Of a stretch of DNA of 64,000 nt, positions 1-18,172 are shown piece by piece. This stretch comes from Camelus ferus. Taxonomy: Eukaryota. Both the position numbers and the translations under genes were made by a program. The notes beneath the pieces are model-generated. The model saw only the letters and a list, made by a program, of their open reading frames with translations. It was not told the DNA's origin and searched no databases. The DNA lies in contig NC_045696.1 in assembly GCF_009834535.1 (NCBI RefSeq), positions 69,070,001-69,134,000 on the forward strand, in the 5' to 3' direction. The first letter of the stretch is position 1. Each line of letters begins with the position of its first letter.

Positions 1-1110
1 TCTCTCAGAGCCCTGCTTTGGGCGGTGTTACTTTTTGGCAGCCTCTGGCGGGGATGGAGTAATCCAATAACGTTAAAAACCTTATTATTATTATTATTAT
101 TTTTAATAAGTTTGCACTAAACCTTTAGTGTTTACAGATACTAACAACTTATTTGATTTATTGATTATATACGCATATGCCAACCACAGAACTGTTGTTT
201 ACACAATTCTTTCATTTAACTCAGTTGCCTTACGAATAGGCCTTAGCTTATTTTACAGAAGGGGAAACTGAGTCTCATACGTGGTAATACAGTCACCAAC
301 TCTTAACGGCGCGTCTATCATGTACCAGTCACTGCTCTAGGCACTGGGAATACAGCAGTGAAGGAAAATATAATTGCCACTAATGCTGGGAATTTTCAGA
401 CAAGCTCTCTCCTAAAACAGCCTTCTACTGCCTGGAAGAATGTTCACCTGAATGTTAGTCCTTATCTTCTGGGTGAGATTTTGTGTGAATTTTTAAAACT
501 CGCTTTTCTGCATTGTTTTGATTTCTTCAAATGAACGTGCTATCAGAAAAAAAAAAAAAGCTGTTTCCAATTTAACGGGAGTTCCCTCCCCTCCTCGTCA
601 AAAGAGCTTCTGAAGGCAGTCATGGGCTCCGCCAGTAAAATAGATCCTTGAGTGGAGCTCTAGGCCCAAGAGAAGTGGATGTTCTCATTAGTGGTCCCAG
701 TACTCCTAATTGCTGAGTCCATTCCAGGGTCTGAGCTAGAGTGAGGCCCATGACTAAACTGGAAGAGACTATCAAGACCCATGTACACTTTGGCCATTAA
801 TGCTATCATATTTATCAAAAAGTTTGGAACTCAAAAATTTTTCTGATGTGAGATTTATCTTTGTTCTATAACTCCCTCACTATAAATAGATTTTAAATTC
901 CTTGAGCACTTTGGCCTCTTTTATGTCCCTCTAGCCCTCAGTACAATGCACGCAGAGGATGCCAGGTCATGGGGTGATGTCCTTTATTTAGTAAAGATTT
1001 ATTGAGTATCTTTGCACAAGGTTAAGTGTGCTTTCAGGCTTTACCTCCTCATAATGGTTTCAAAAGAACTTTTCCTTTTCTGTCTTGCACCTGGTCAGGG
1101 TGAAGTAACC

Positions 1111-1241
1111 ATGCAGGCATTTCTAAAAGGCACATCTATCAGCACTAAACCACCATTGACCAAGGATCGAGGAGCAGCTGCCACTGCCAGAAGTAGTGGA
1201 GAGAACAAGAAAGCCAAACCTGTTCCATGGGTGGAAAAATA
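1111..1241 (+). CDS. RFC4: RFC4 first coding exon (acceptor at 1099)
   Basis: ACC ATG CAG GCA...GTG GAA AAA TA|gtaag. Confidence 0.95.
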
Positions 1242-4200
1242 GTAAGAATGTTTTGGTTATGTTGAAATAGTTAATAAATTACCTCTCTGACAGGTTTTGA
1301 TCACTTTTTTTTTTAAACTTAAGAGGGGGATGATTTACTCATTTAGATGTTGTCCTTGAAAATCACCCAATTATATAAGTCATGGAACCTTGGAACTGAA
1401 ATGTACCTTAAAATAATCTAGTTGAATTCTCTTAACTTATAGATGGACTACAGCCTTCTCTGTAACTCAGGAGTGCGGTTTTAGGGGCTGGGATACAGCA
1501 GTAAAGAGAACAAAATTTCTATAAAATGACTATAAGCTCTTGGTCAGGAGTTCTACTTAAGTTCAGATCTATTCTTTTCATTACTCATAGCTGTAAATTG
1601 TTGAGTTTTTGCTTGTTTATACATTTTTGGCAAAAACAACATCTTACGTGGCACTGAAATTTCAGCTAAGTGAAATAATAAGCAGTTGTAACTGTTGGTG
1701 TATCCTGAGTTATTGCCAAAGGATTGCAGATTACTACTAAGCCGTATAAGGCCCTCACAAATGTTTGGCGCAAACAGTACTTTTACAAGTGGGAAATTTC
1801 ACAAAAATCTAGACTCCTTCAATTAAAGAAGTTATACAAGGAGAAAATTTAGATTTTCAGCCTTTCAGGAAATTAGGCAGCACTAGATGCAGTTTCTCGC
1901 CTGACTACGCTTAGATGGACTTGAGTACTGCTTCCCGTATTGGAAAGGTCATATGTTCTTCACCACAGTCCTACTAGTGTCTCTTGCCTTACACTCTGCA
2001 TTCATCACTCTTTTTATCTGCCTAGCCCTTGCAAGTATTTGAATATGAAACCCTGATTTATAATCTACACTGGTTTTCCTAGATAACATTGTCTGACATA
2101 AAATCCCTGCCTAGCATTGTCCTGATTAATTAGAAAAGTATAAATCAAAGCAAAGCTTTTGATTAGGTAGCTAAGCATAGAGCTTTATCTTAGGGTTGGG
2201 AGTATAACTTAGTTTAGCATTATTTGTTAATGATGTAAGACAAAAATTATTATACTCCCTATTGGTTAAACTTGTTATTTTGTTAACCCTCCATGAACTG
2301 AACAGATGTGCATTTTTTTGTCCAGTTAGGTGATAGAGGAAATTGGTATTAACCAATTAACAACATAGTAACATATGTAACTATATTAATCAAAATTGTT
2401 ACCTATCCTGAGGTTCCTAAATAGGTATCCCTTTTTAGCTTAGGTACATATTGTCAAATTCTAGGCAAGTGTTCACTTTACATTTTTAACCAGTTGGCAT
2501 TTGTGATGTTACAAAATAAAATCCTTTTGCATAATTTTTGTAAGTATCATAGATGCAAACAGTGCATCTGAAAGAGTGAAAAATTAATTCCTTCAGTATA
2601 TATTTGTCTAAAGTAAATACAAATGGGGTTTCTACCTGCTTCCAATTATGAAAGTTTCTTATTTCATTACTGATGTAAGAGAATTGTCTTTGGTATTTTA
2701 GTGAAGAGAGAGACTTCTGTGGCTACTATAATACACAAAAACTTTTCTCTTCCCCCCCCAGTCGCCCAAAATGTGTGGATGAAGTTGCTTTCCAGGAAGA
2801 AGTGGTTGCAGTGCTGAAAAAGTCTTTAGAAGGAGCTGATGTGAGTAGCAGATTTAAAACTTAATTTATTCACTCTCTTTTTTTTTTATAGCCTCCTGCC
2901 TCCTTTAAATACAATTCTGTATGTACAGTAAGCCCTTGATAACTTTATACAGTGGAGGATTAGTTCAACAAATATTTGCTGAGCATCTCTTCTGTCCTAT
3001 GGCATTGTTATAGAGTACTCAAGTGGAGCCCATTGAGCAAGACAGGCTGGATCTCTTTGCTCATTAGCTTTTATTTTGGTGGGGAGAGACAGAATAAATA
3101 TGTAAGCAAAATAAATAAGAGAATTATAGATAATGATAGGTACTATGAGGAAGAGTCAAAGAGTCTTTGAAAGTATAATTGCTCACCTAATTTTAGGATT
3201 TGGTTTGAACTACAATACAAAAAAAAAATTGAGCATTTAATTCTGCTTATAGCATTATGTCTCCTGCTGTGATATGTAGGATAAAATGTCCTTGAGTGAC
3301 TTACATTTTAGATTAACTCAAAGATAAGATAAACCCGTATGAAGAATTAGAAATTTAAAATTGTATGTGATCAAGTGCCTTAGGAGCTTAGTGGAGGAGC
3401 AGAAACAGTTGCAGATGGAAGTGGGAAGTCGGGTGTTTGCTTTATTCCCAAGATTTTCTTCCCTCAACCTGGCTGCTTTGAATTAGAGGTTCTTTGGTTT
3501 TTGCTGCCATTGTTCTCTTCCTGAGGTTACATAGTAACAGTATATATTTTGAAAGAAGCTATATTATATAAAACTTACAAAACTATTGAAAATCTTTTTC
3601 TTTACCAGTATCTGTTTTGATTTGATCCAGATACCTTTCAGTTTTATATTAGTATACAATTTAAATTGCATAATAATATTTATAAAGATTGCAGGACATG
3701 ATGTGTTTTAAAAGGTGAAAGATTTAGATGATCTGAAGAGAAACCAGAGTTTGACGATGTATTTTAATTGCGAGTATTCTCAACTCTTCAGGCAAATGTA
3801 GTGGGATTATGATCCACTTACTGAGTTTAATTTATGAGGCTGAATTAAGAACTTTCTTCTTTAACCAGTTGTTTAATAATTTGTGTTTCTTTTCAGGCTT
3901 AAGTTTTTTAAAACTTGAAGTAAATTTTTTAACTCTAAAGAGTAAAGGAAAATAATTCATTCCTTGATTTACTTTAAAAGTTTTGAAGTAGAATTATAAT
4001 GAGACATGTTTTCAGAAATCAATTTTTAGGACTAATATTCCACATACAGTTCTTGAATGCACCATATATATTATTTAATAATTTTACTGTGTTTTAAAGT
4101 ATTTAAGTTATTGTATGTAGTAATTACATGGATGAATCATTACAACTACTGAGGTATGCATGGATCAAAATAATGGTTTTAAAAATGAGGTGTTTTTGTT

Positions 4201-7200
4201 TTTAAATGGTGAATCTCATAGTTTGTATCTTAAGCTGTATGTTACCAGTGTAACAGTAATATATTTATATGTTAGTTTATTTATTTGGCATATGCTGAGT
4301 ACCGCAGGAGATGCTGAGACTATAGATGTGAATAGAACAAATAAGGTTCTTGACCTTCTTAAGCTTACCCTCTAGTGAGGTAGATAGGTATTTTACAGTT
4401 AAACCCAATCACTAAATAAATAATGATAAATAATTGTAAATTATGTCAAGTCCAACAAAGACTGACAGGAGAATGACAGCAGAGACCCTCTTTAGATTGG
4501 GATCACAGAGGGCTTCCGACTTGTAATGCGGTAGAAGTTGCCAAACAGAAAAAAGGAGTCAGACCTCAGCTCATGGGAGACAGCATGTGTATAGGCCAGA
4601 AAGTGCTTAGCGGTTGGAGACCATTGTAAGTTGGAACTTAGAAGGTGAGAGAGGTGGCGAGCAGATGATGGACATCCTTATAGGTTATGGTAAGCTGGTT
4701 GATTTTTTTATATGTCTGTTTTTGTTTTTCTAAGAATATGAAGCTAGTGAATAGTTTGAAGTAGCAAGCAGAATGGCATCTGATTTCGTTGAAAATTAAT
4801 GGATGGGAAGGGGGAGGGTTAGACAAGAGTGGAAGCAAATAAACTGTATTGCTTAGTTTTCTATGTGCTGAGATTTCCATACGTGAAAGGACATACTGAA
4901 GAGTTTAATATATTTGTTAATCAGTAGCACAGAGCAGTTGCCTGTTTGATAGCAGCCAAGCCACCTTAAAAGAAGGTAACTAGTTATTTAATCTTATCCT
5001 TTCTTCCACTGATGAAATCTTGCTGATACAGGCGGGCATCCTTACAGGATACATAATCATGATGTGGAGCTCTGCCAGGCACTTAATAGATGCATGGGTT
5101 TGGGGTTTTTTGTTTTGTTTTGTTTTGTTTTTGTTGTTGTTGTTTTTTAATGTTTCTGTTCTTGGAACTTCAGCCTATGCAAAGCCCTAATAGGCCTTTT
5201 TCAATTCTTTGTCCTCAGTATTGGCCAAATCCAACTGCTCCTTTGGTCTGTGTCCCCTTTGAAGCAGCTGACATCTTTACAAAGTATAAAATCTTGCCCA
5301 GTCCTAAACGAAGGTGTGGGATAGGGAACTGACAGAAGCCTGGGATTCTCTTCAGAAATAAGAGGTTTTTAATTCCAGCTTTGAAAACCCCACCAAAGTA
5401 TTAGATGAGGTATAGAACAATCAAATATAAATTCAGTCTAAGATATTAATTAGAAAGACATTTTGGGGAAAAGTAATAGTATTATGTGAAAGAGCAGGAT
5501 TTAGTGCTGTTATTACTATGATACCAGTTATATTAAGAAATCTTTGTATTCAGATATATATGCCCTCTCTATTAGGGAAGTCATTGCAGTCTTCCATAAC
5601 ATTTTTGATCATCATTTTCACTTGTTTGTGTCAGAATTCAATTTTAAAGAAATAAAATTTAACTTCTACAGCTCCCTAATCTCTTGTTTTATGGGCCACC
5701 TGGAACTGGAAAAACATCCACTATTTTGGCAGCAGCTAGAGAACTCTTTGGGTAAGTTGAAATCTCTCCCTTTCTCCCTCTTTTTAAAGACCTGACACTG
5801 AAAATTTCTGGTACTGCTTTTCTTTCTCTAAACCTTTGTGTTTGGTTACTCCATGAGGTTGTTGAGTTTACTTTTACTTCTGAATTTTTAAATAATCCAG
5901 TAACCTATTTCCAGTTTCTCCCCTCCAGTAAATTAGCTTGCCTATATCTTTTGAACATTTATTCTGAACCTTGTTCAAATGTTTGAATGTACCACAACGC
6001 AAGGAGCCTTGTCATTTTTTTCATCACTTTAACTCTTTCATTATGATTTTGGAACCCAGAGGAGCCAAACTATCTCCTGTCACACTGATAGTTTTATCAC
6101 TTTCCTAATGATCATGTTCACATCTGGGTCATAGAATTTCCTGCGTTTGAGGCTACTGACAGTGCACCACCCCTTCTTGAGTTCTTCTTACTCTGGACTA
6201 CCCAGGGCCTGCCTGGAGTGGCTGGGCCAGCTCCTTGCCCTCAAGCATCCTGAGTATAAGCAAAGTGTGTGGTAGTTGATGTAGTATGATTCCAGGTACA
6301 GCAGAAAATCTCTGTGAGCCACCTTCTTAGAGCCTTCCTCTAGATTAACTATCTCGGCTTTATGTCAGCCCATGTCTGATATCCATGCAACATACACCAA
6401 CATAACAAAGGCTATCTTTAATTTAGCAAGAATTTTTATATCAGGCATATGGCCTAGGGGTACATCTGAAATCCTATACATGAAAATAATTAGATGCCTC
6501 TGAAACCACCAATTATGTAAGGATAATTAGTTCTGTTGAAATGTGAAGGAAGACAAAAGGGGAAGCTGCTCTGAACCTAGTATTTTATTTATTATTAATT
6601 TGATAGCAACTTTTGTTTCTCAAGAAAATCTTAAAAGAGCTTTTTTGATTATTCTGCAACTTAATCAGTTAGATTTGTTCTGAACTAGCTTTAGCAATGT
6701 AGTCATAGTGAAACTGTTAAGTATAGTTATTCTAGAAGAGGTCAGTCCAAATTGTATAATTTGTAAAATATTCTTTTTAAAATGTTTGTCTTGTAGAACT
6801 AAAAGAACTTATTTTAATTATAAATTAAATAGTATATGTGGTTTTAAAATACCAAATACATGTCCAGAGATTTCTAAATGTTTATGCGCATAGAAAAATG
6901 CTTAGGATGTCATGCTGTTTAGGAAAAATAAAGACTAAATCCCAACTTTTGGTTTTTGTCTATTTAAAAAAAATGTATGTAGAAAAATAACTGGAAGGAA
7001 GTTTTTGAAACAGTGGTTTGGCAGGGTAAACCAGTTGTTTTTATTTTCTTTTATTTTCCCACAGAGCTACTTTTAATCTTCTTTTTTTTAAACTAACTTA
7101 AAAAACCGTCCATGTTTTAGTCCAGTAATTTTCCTTATAGCAAGCTACTTTATGAAAATAATTCAAAATATGCTATGTTGCAGCATTATTTGAAATTGCA

Positions 7201-10200
7201 GCATATTTAAAACTACCTAAATGTCTTAACAATAGAAGGATGCTAAATAAATTAAGTAAATGACGGTATAGTCATAGATTGGAAAGTCATGTGGCCATTA
7301 TTTACAGTGGTTATCATGACATGGCAAGATGTTTGATACAATCCAAACTGGAAAATTGATTTAAATTTTAACATGTTATGTGATATAATCTTTTTTTTTT
7401 AATGCATGGGAAAAAGAAGTTAACTGAATGCATTTGAAAAAGAGAAAATACAGAAATAATTATGTGCCTTCTATCCATATTGTTTACTAGGTGTATTTTA
7501 AACTACTGAAATATGTACAAATGTTAAAATATGGTTTAAACTTGGGTTACATACATGCTCTATGATGTTTCACATTTGTTTCGTTTTCACATAGGCCTGA
7601 ACTTTTTCGATTGAGAGTTCTTGAGTTAAATGCATCTGATGAACGTGGAATACAAGTAGTTAGAGAGAAAGTGAAGAATTTTGCCCAGTTAACTGTGTCA
7701 GGAAGTCGTTCAGAGTAAGTAAGCTCATCTTCCCTTCTCTATATCATGTCATTGTATTTGTTTAAAATACATGTTTCTGTCAAATTTCTAACTCCTTTTT
7801 TATGTAAGATCATATTTTCTTCTAAACTACTTAAACCTAGAAAAACCTAGAAATGACCTTTCCATTATAATAACTAATTTTAGGTTGTTTAGCTGTCAAA
7901 GTTTTTAATCAATATTTTGTCTAAGGAGTATTTATTAATCAAATGTGATGGTTTGTGGTACATTCGTAATAAAAATCCTTATTTTTGCCATTGTGTTATT
8001 AAAAGAAGATCTGTCATATACCTTAAGATTCAGTGTATATTTCATAATTAGGGTGACCATATATGTCCTTGTCCAAACTGGGATACTTTTAGAATGAAAG
8101 AGAAGATATTATTAATAATTAAAATAGGACATCCTGAGTTCAACGGGGATGTTTAGTCAACTACTTACACTCCTTAGGTGGCAAAGTTTCAAGATTAAAT
8201 TTTTGGTACCTGGCATATATTTAAATTTTTATCAGAGCACACTTAAGAATTTGTAGAAAGTGAATGATTCAATTTTTGATATCTACCTTGGACTGACAGT
8301 ATATATAAATCATATACAATAAGGGATTTAGATGAAGAACAAATAACTCTTACAACTCAATAATAAAAAGACAACCCAATTTATAAATGGGCAAAGGATC
8401 TGAATAGACATTACCCAAGGAAGATATACAAATGACCAATAAGCACATCGAAACGTGCTCATCAACATCATGAAAATAGACATGACAATAGAGAAATGCA
8501 AATCGAAAACCATGGTAAGATACCACTTTAAACCCACTAGGATGGCTACAATCAAAAAGACAACAAGTATTAGCAAGGATGTGGAGAAATTAGAACCCTT
8601 GTACATCGCTATTTGGAATGTAAAATGGTGCAGCCACTTTGAAAACAGTTTGGCAGTTCCTCTAAAAGTTAAACATAACTACCATATGACCCAGCAATTC
8701 CAGTCCTAGAATATATACTGACAGGAAATGAAAACACATATACATGTGTACAAATGTTCATTGTAGCATTATTCATAATAGTCAGAACACGGAAACAACC
8801 CAATAAACATCAACTGAGGAATAGACAAATGAAAGGTAGTATATGCCATACTATTTGTCAGTAAAAAGGAATAATATACTACAGTGTGGATGAACCTTGA
8901 AAACCATTATGTTAAGTGAAAGAAACCAGTCAAAAAAGACATGTTGACAACATATGATTTCATTCATATGAAGTATCCAGAAGAGGCAAATCTGTGGAAA
9001 TAGGCAGTAGAGGTTCCTGATTGCCTATGATTGGGAACGTTGGGAGAGGAGAGAAATGGCTCCTCATGGGCACAGAGTTTCCTTTTGGGGTGATGGGAAT
9101 GTTTTCAAATTGGGTTGTGGTGATATGTGAATTATAACTCCTGTGTGTGTCTCTAAATCAGTGGGAAGCCATGTCCTCCTTTTAAGATTGTTATTCTGGA
9201 TGAAGCAGATTCTATGACCTCTGCTGCTCAGGCAGCTTTAAGACGTACCATGGAGAAAGAGTCTAAAACCACCCGATTCTGTCTCATCTGTAACTATGTC
9301 AGTCGGTATGTATATTGCCCTAAAAATAGATGCTAGGCAGCCTTATTTTGATAGCCCCAAATAGGGAGAGAAAAAAATTTTAATGTTTTAAGCCTCCATT
9401 AGTTTTTCCTCCATCAAATCTTAATTTGTTTTTGATAAAAATGAGTTATTTGGGGGAGATTCTTCTTCAGACATTGACTTGTTTTTTCCAATGTTTTACA
9501 GAATAATTGAACCGCTGACCTCTAGATGTTCTAAATTCCGCTTCAAACCTCTGTCAGATAAAATTCAACAGCAGCGACTACTAGACATCGCTGATAAAGA
9601 ACATGTCAAAATTAGCAATGAGGTAATTACTAGTTGTTTAACCATTATTGTAATTTCTAATTCCTTTGATGAATGCCTGTGAAGAAGCCTTGAAAGAATC
9701 AGATGTGTATTGCTACAATTTCTGATGCCAATTCTTCAGGCAAAGTTAAGGTAAATGAGCAACAGTTGGAATGTCTAGAATTGCAGGTTCAGCCTTCCTT
9801 TCTGTTGCTATTAGAAGTTTATTTTCTGTATTTCAGGATCCCAAAGCTAGGGCAGATTTAGTACATATAATGCAAATTCTGCAACAACAAATCTCTGCAT
9901 AATGACAAGATACTCCACTTGTCATTATTAACAAATACTCTTAAGAACTAATTTGGTATGATGAAATTCTGGTACACTGATAGATAGAATATATAGGCTC
10001 CTTAGTCACTAACAGAATTTAACCATAATTTTCATTTTCTTTGCTATATGTAATCAAGAAAATAGGATGAAAAGTATGGAATTTCTCTTTTCTCTGCAAA
10101 TTTCTTTCAGAGGCCAAGAGCTCTCTATCCTTCTTTGGGTGATGCTGTCTCCATGAATTCTGCCACTATAGAACTGATAATCTTCTCAAAAATGGAAAGA

Positions 10201-11866
10201 CTTTGTTTTTCCCCCCACTAACTCTTGGCTAAAAACAGTTTTTTACTTTTTTTTTTAATTAAAGTCAGCCTTAATTGGCCAAAATAGGTTAAAAAACAAC
10301 TTTTTTTCTCTTCAGGGAATAGCTTATCTTGTTAAAGTGTCAGAAGGAGACTTAAGAAAAGCTATTACATTTCTTCAGAGTGCTACTCGATTAACCGGTG
10401 GAAAGGAAGTCACAGAAAAGGTGATCACAGATATTGCTGGGGTAAGAGCACTGCATGTTCTGTAATTTTTAGTTGGCTTGTGACTTTTACAAAATTTTAT
10501 TTCAGCATATGCATATATATATACACACACACAGAATGCTTATTATGTGCTGTCTTAAGTCTGTTCAGGCTGTTGTAACAAAATGTCATAGGCTGAGTGA
10601 CTTAAAAATATCACAGTTCTAGAGGCTGGAAGTCCAAGATAAGGGTGTCCACATATTGTCTGTTGAGGATACACTTCCTAGTTCAGTAAACTAGTTCATC
10701 CATGGCTTTCACCTCCCTGCATCCTCCTGTGGCAAAAGGGAGCTCTCTGACCCTTTATATAAAGGGCACTAGTCCTATTCACAAGGGTCCACTCTCATGA
10801 CCTGTAATCACCTCCTGAAGGCTCACCTCTAAAATACCATCAATAGTGATTTTTAACATGAATTTTGGGAATTCATGTATTGGGGGAATATAAACACTTA
10901 GTCTGTATAGCATGTGCCAAATACTATGCTAGGGACAGTGTAATAAGGGAATAACCTGAGAGTATTATGCTTCAGGCAGGGATGGGAGTTAAAATCACTA
11001 AAGGAATTCTCTTGTACCATGCCCTTGTCTGGATGCTCCCCTCAGGGTCACTGCCACTTCCAATCAGTATCTTGTTAGTGGCATCTTGGTGAAAGGGAAC
11101 TCCTCACCCACTGACTAGCGGGCTCAAATTGGAGAATGTTTAACACGTTGATCACAACTGTCACCCAGTGGCAGTTGTTTTCCTCAAGGAGAGCTTATTT
11201 CAGGTCCAAGTTTGTAAATCACCTTTTTGGATCCCAAATATGAGCGTTAACACTTAAAAAGCTGACCCTTTTCCAGTTCCTTGCCTTCCCAACTCTGCAT
11301 GGATTCAGCATCAGCTAACAGTTCCATGCTACAGGCCATGTGCCACTTCATTGAGCATGGAACAGAAGAGAGTGGATGGGCACAAGCTTGGTTGGCAGAA
11401 ACTGTTATCTTTCAGGTAATACCAGCAAAGACAATTGATGGAGTATTTGCTGCGTGTCAGAGTGGCTCTTTTGACAAACTAGAAGCTGTAGTAAAGGTAA
11501 AGTGACTTTACTAATTTGGGGGAAGGGAAAATTAAAACACAATCATACCAAAATCAAGTTTTTGTTGTTACAGGACTTGATAGATGAGGGTCATGCAGCA
11601 ACTCAGCTTGTAAATCAACTTCATGATGTGGTTGTAGAAAATGATCACCTTTCTGATAAACAGAAGTCTATTATTACAGAGAAGCTTGCTGTAAGTAGCT
11701 TTTTCTGCATTTCAGCAAGATCAACATACTGAAAGAAAGTTTTATTTACTAACCTTTCATTTTATTATAGGAAGTAGACAAATGTTTAGCAGACGGTGCT
11801 GATGAATATCTGCAACTGATCAGCCTTTCTGCTACCGTGATGCAGCAATTAACTCAGAATTGTTAA
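1111..11866 (+). CDS. RFC4: Replication factor C subunit 4, spliced CDS of 10 exons, 364 aa
   Basis: Exons 1111-1241, 2762-2840, 5672-5751, 7595-7714, 9162-9305, 9502-9622, 10316-10441, 11416-11496, 11574-11690, 11771-11866 all have GT-AG boundaries. They join into an open 1095-nt frame: MQAFLKG...PWVEKYRP, Walker [18 protein letters not shown], Walker B ILDEAD, SRC motif, ending QQLTQNC*. Confidence 0.98.
2762..2840 (+). CDS. RFC4: RFC4 coding exon 2
   Basis: cag|T CGC CCA AAA TGT...GGA GCT GAT|gtgagt ([26 protein letters not shown]). Confidence 0.95.
5672..5751 (+). CDS. RFC4: RFC4 coding exon 3 (Walker A)
   Basis: [26 protein letters not shown], cag/gtaagt boundaries. Confidence 0.96.
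7595..7714 (+). CDS. RFC4: RFC4 coding exon 4
   Basis: [39 protein letters not shown], tag/gtaagt. Confidence 0.96.
8049..8163. mobile_element. MER81-like hAT-Blackjack DNA transposon relic
   Basis: tagggtgaccat terminus followed by tgtccaaactggga. Confidence 0.55.
8330..9125 (+). mobile_element. Old L1M (L1MB/MC-type) 3' fragment in the RFC4 intron after exon 7595-7714
   Basis: ORF2 C-terminal remnants ([42 protein letters not shown]) and 3' UTR motifs. Confidence 0.88.
9162..9305 (+). CDS. RFC4: RFC4 coding exon 5 (Walker B)
   Basis: [47 protein letters not shown], cag/gtatgt. Confidence 0.96.
9502..9622 (+). CDS. RFC4: RFC4 coding exon 6 (SRC motif)
   Basis: [40 protein letters not shown]. 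Confidence 0.96.
10316..10441 (+). CDS. RFC4: RFC4 coding exon 7
   Basis: [42 protein letters not shown]. Confidence 0.96.
10551..10912. mobile_element. MaLR solo LTR (MLT1A-like)
   Basis: TG...CA ends, MLT1 motifs, 5-bp TSD tgtgc at 10546-10550 and 10913-10917. Confidence 0.85.
11416..11496 (+). CDS. RFC4: RFC4 coding exon 8
   Basis: [27 protein letters not shown]. Confidence 0.95.
11574..11690 (+). CDS. RFC4: RFC4 coding exon 9
   Basis: [39 protein letters not shown]. Confidence 0.95.
11771..11866 (+). CDS. RFC4: RFC4 last coding exon
   Basis: [31 protein letters not shown] then TAA. Confidence 0.95.
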   Translation, partial: EVDKCLADGADEYLQLISLSATVMQQLTQNC

Positions 11867-11892
11867 ACCATGTGTTTTGTAAAATGATTTTT

Positions 11893-11898
11893 AATAAA
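11893..11898 (+). terminator. RFC4: RFC4 polyadenylation signal AATAAA
   Basis: First AATAAA, 27 nt after the stop codon. Confidence 0.8.
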
Positions 11899-11930
11899 AT
11901 GACCAAAGCACCTTTAAAGTGAATATACAA

Positions 11931-11936
11931 TTTATT
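11931..11936 (-). terminator. EIF4A2: EIF4A2 distal polyadenylation signal AATAAA
   Basis: TTTATT on + at the far end of the EIF4A2 3' UTR, next to the RFC4 3' end. Confidence 0.8.
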
Positions 11937-12063
11937 TAACATTCAAACTTCATTAAGACATGTGCAATATGGCAATTTTACTGGGGTTTAACCCTACCTA
12001 GGATGATTGCTTGCTGGGGCTTTAGCAACAGGGTCCAGTTCACACTTAGCACTAATTAAATAC

Positions 12064-12069
12064 TTTATT
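12064..12069 (-). terminator. EIF4A2: EIF4A2 proximal polyadenylation signal AATAAA
   Basis: TTTATT on + inside the 3' UTR, 133 nt before the distal signal. Confidence 0.6.
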
Positions 12070-12550
12070 GAATAAATACAATACCAAACAAAATGCATTC
12101 AAATGCTTTCTAAAAAAATCAATTTTAAAGGCCTTTCTATTCAGGCTAATGACAAACACAATAAAGGCAGATATGCTAGTTTAACATAATTGGCTGATTT
12201 TATACAGCACTTATATCTTTTAGTCCACAAGTATATTATTAAATGATAGAGAACATCTAATACAACCATTTCTACAGAACTAGGAAATAAATTTCTAAGA
12301 AAGAAAGATTTTACAGACCCCATCTTTTATACCCAACCCCAACAGTCTAACTCTAAAGAGGATAAAGCCAATGACTTTCCTCACAAGAGCTCACGACTAA
12401 TGTCGCTTTGCTATCAAAATCTGTATTTCTGATCCGTTATGAGCATTGAGACAAGATTCAAATATTCCCAAAGAAAGAAGCACAATGCACGTTGTGATCG
12501 CCTATTCAGCAACAGCGAGCACTGCATTCAAAACTATCTCATCCCAGGAA

Positions 12551-18108
<5,558 letters not shown>

Positions 18109-18136
18109 GATCCGAAGAGCCACTCAGCGCCCGACT

Positions 18137-18172
18137 GAAAAGACAGCCGGGCCGCACCACCCGTTTTTTATA
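18137..18172 (-). promoter_or_regulatory. EIF4A2: EIF4A2 core promoter: TATAAAAA (18172-18165) and pyrimidine initiator/5'TOP-like CTTTTC (18142-18137)
   Basis: 30-nt spacing between the TATA box and a C-initiated pyrimidine tract; typical of snoRNA host and translation-factor genes. Confidence 0.7.

Noticed and set aside
11574..11690. RFC4 one residue longer than the human protein (364 versus 363 aa)
   Set aside because: As I recall, 364 aa is normal in non-human mammals such as mouse.
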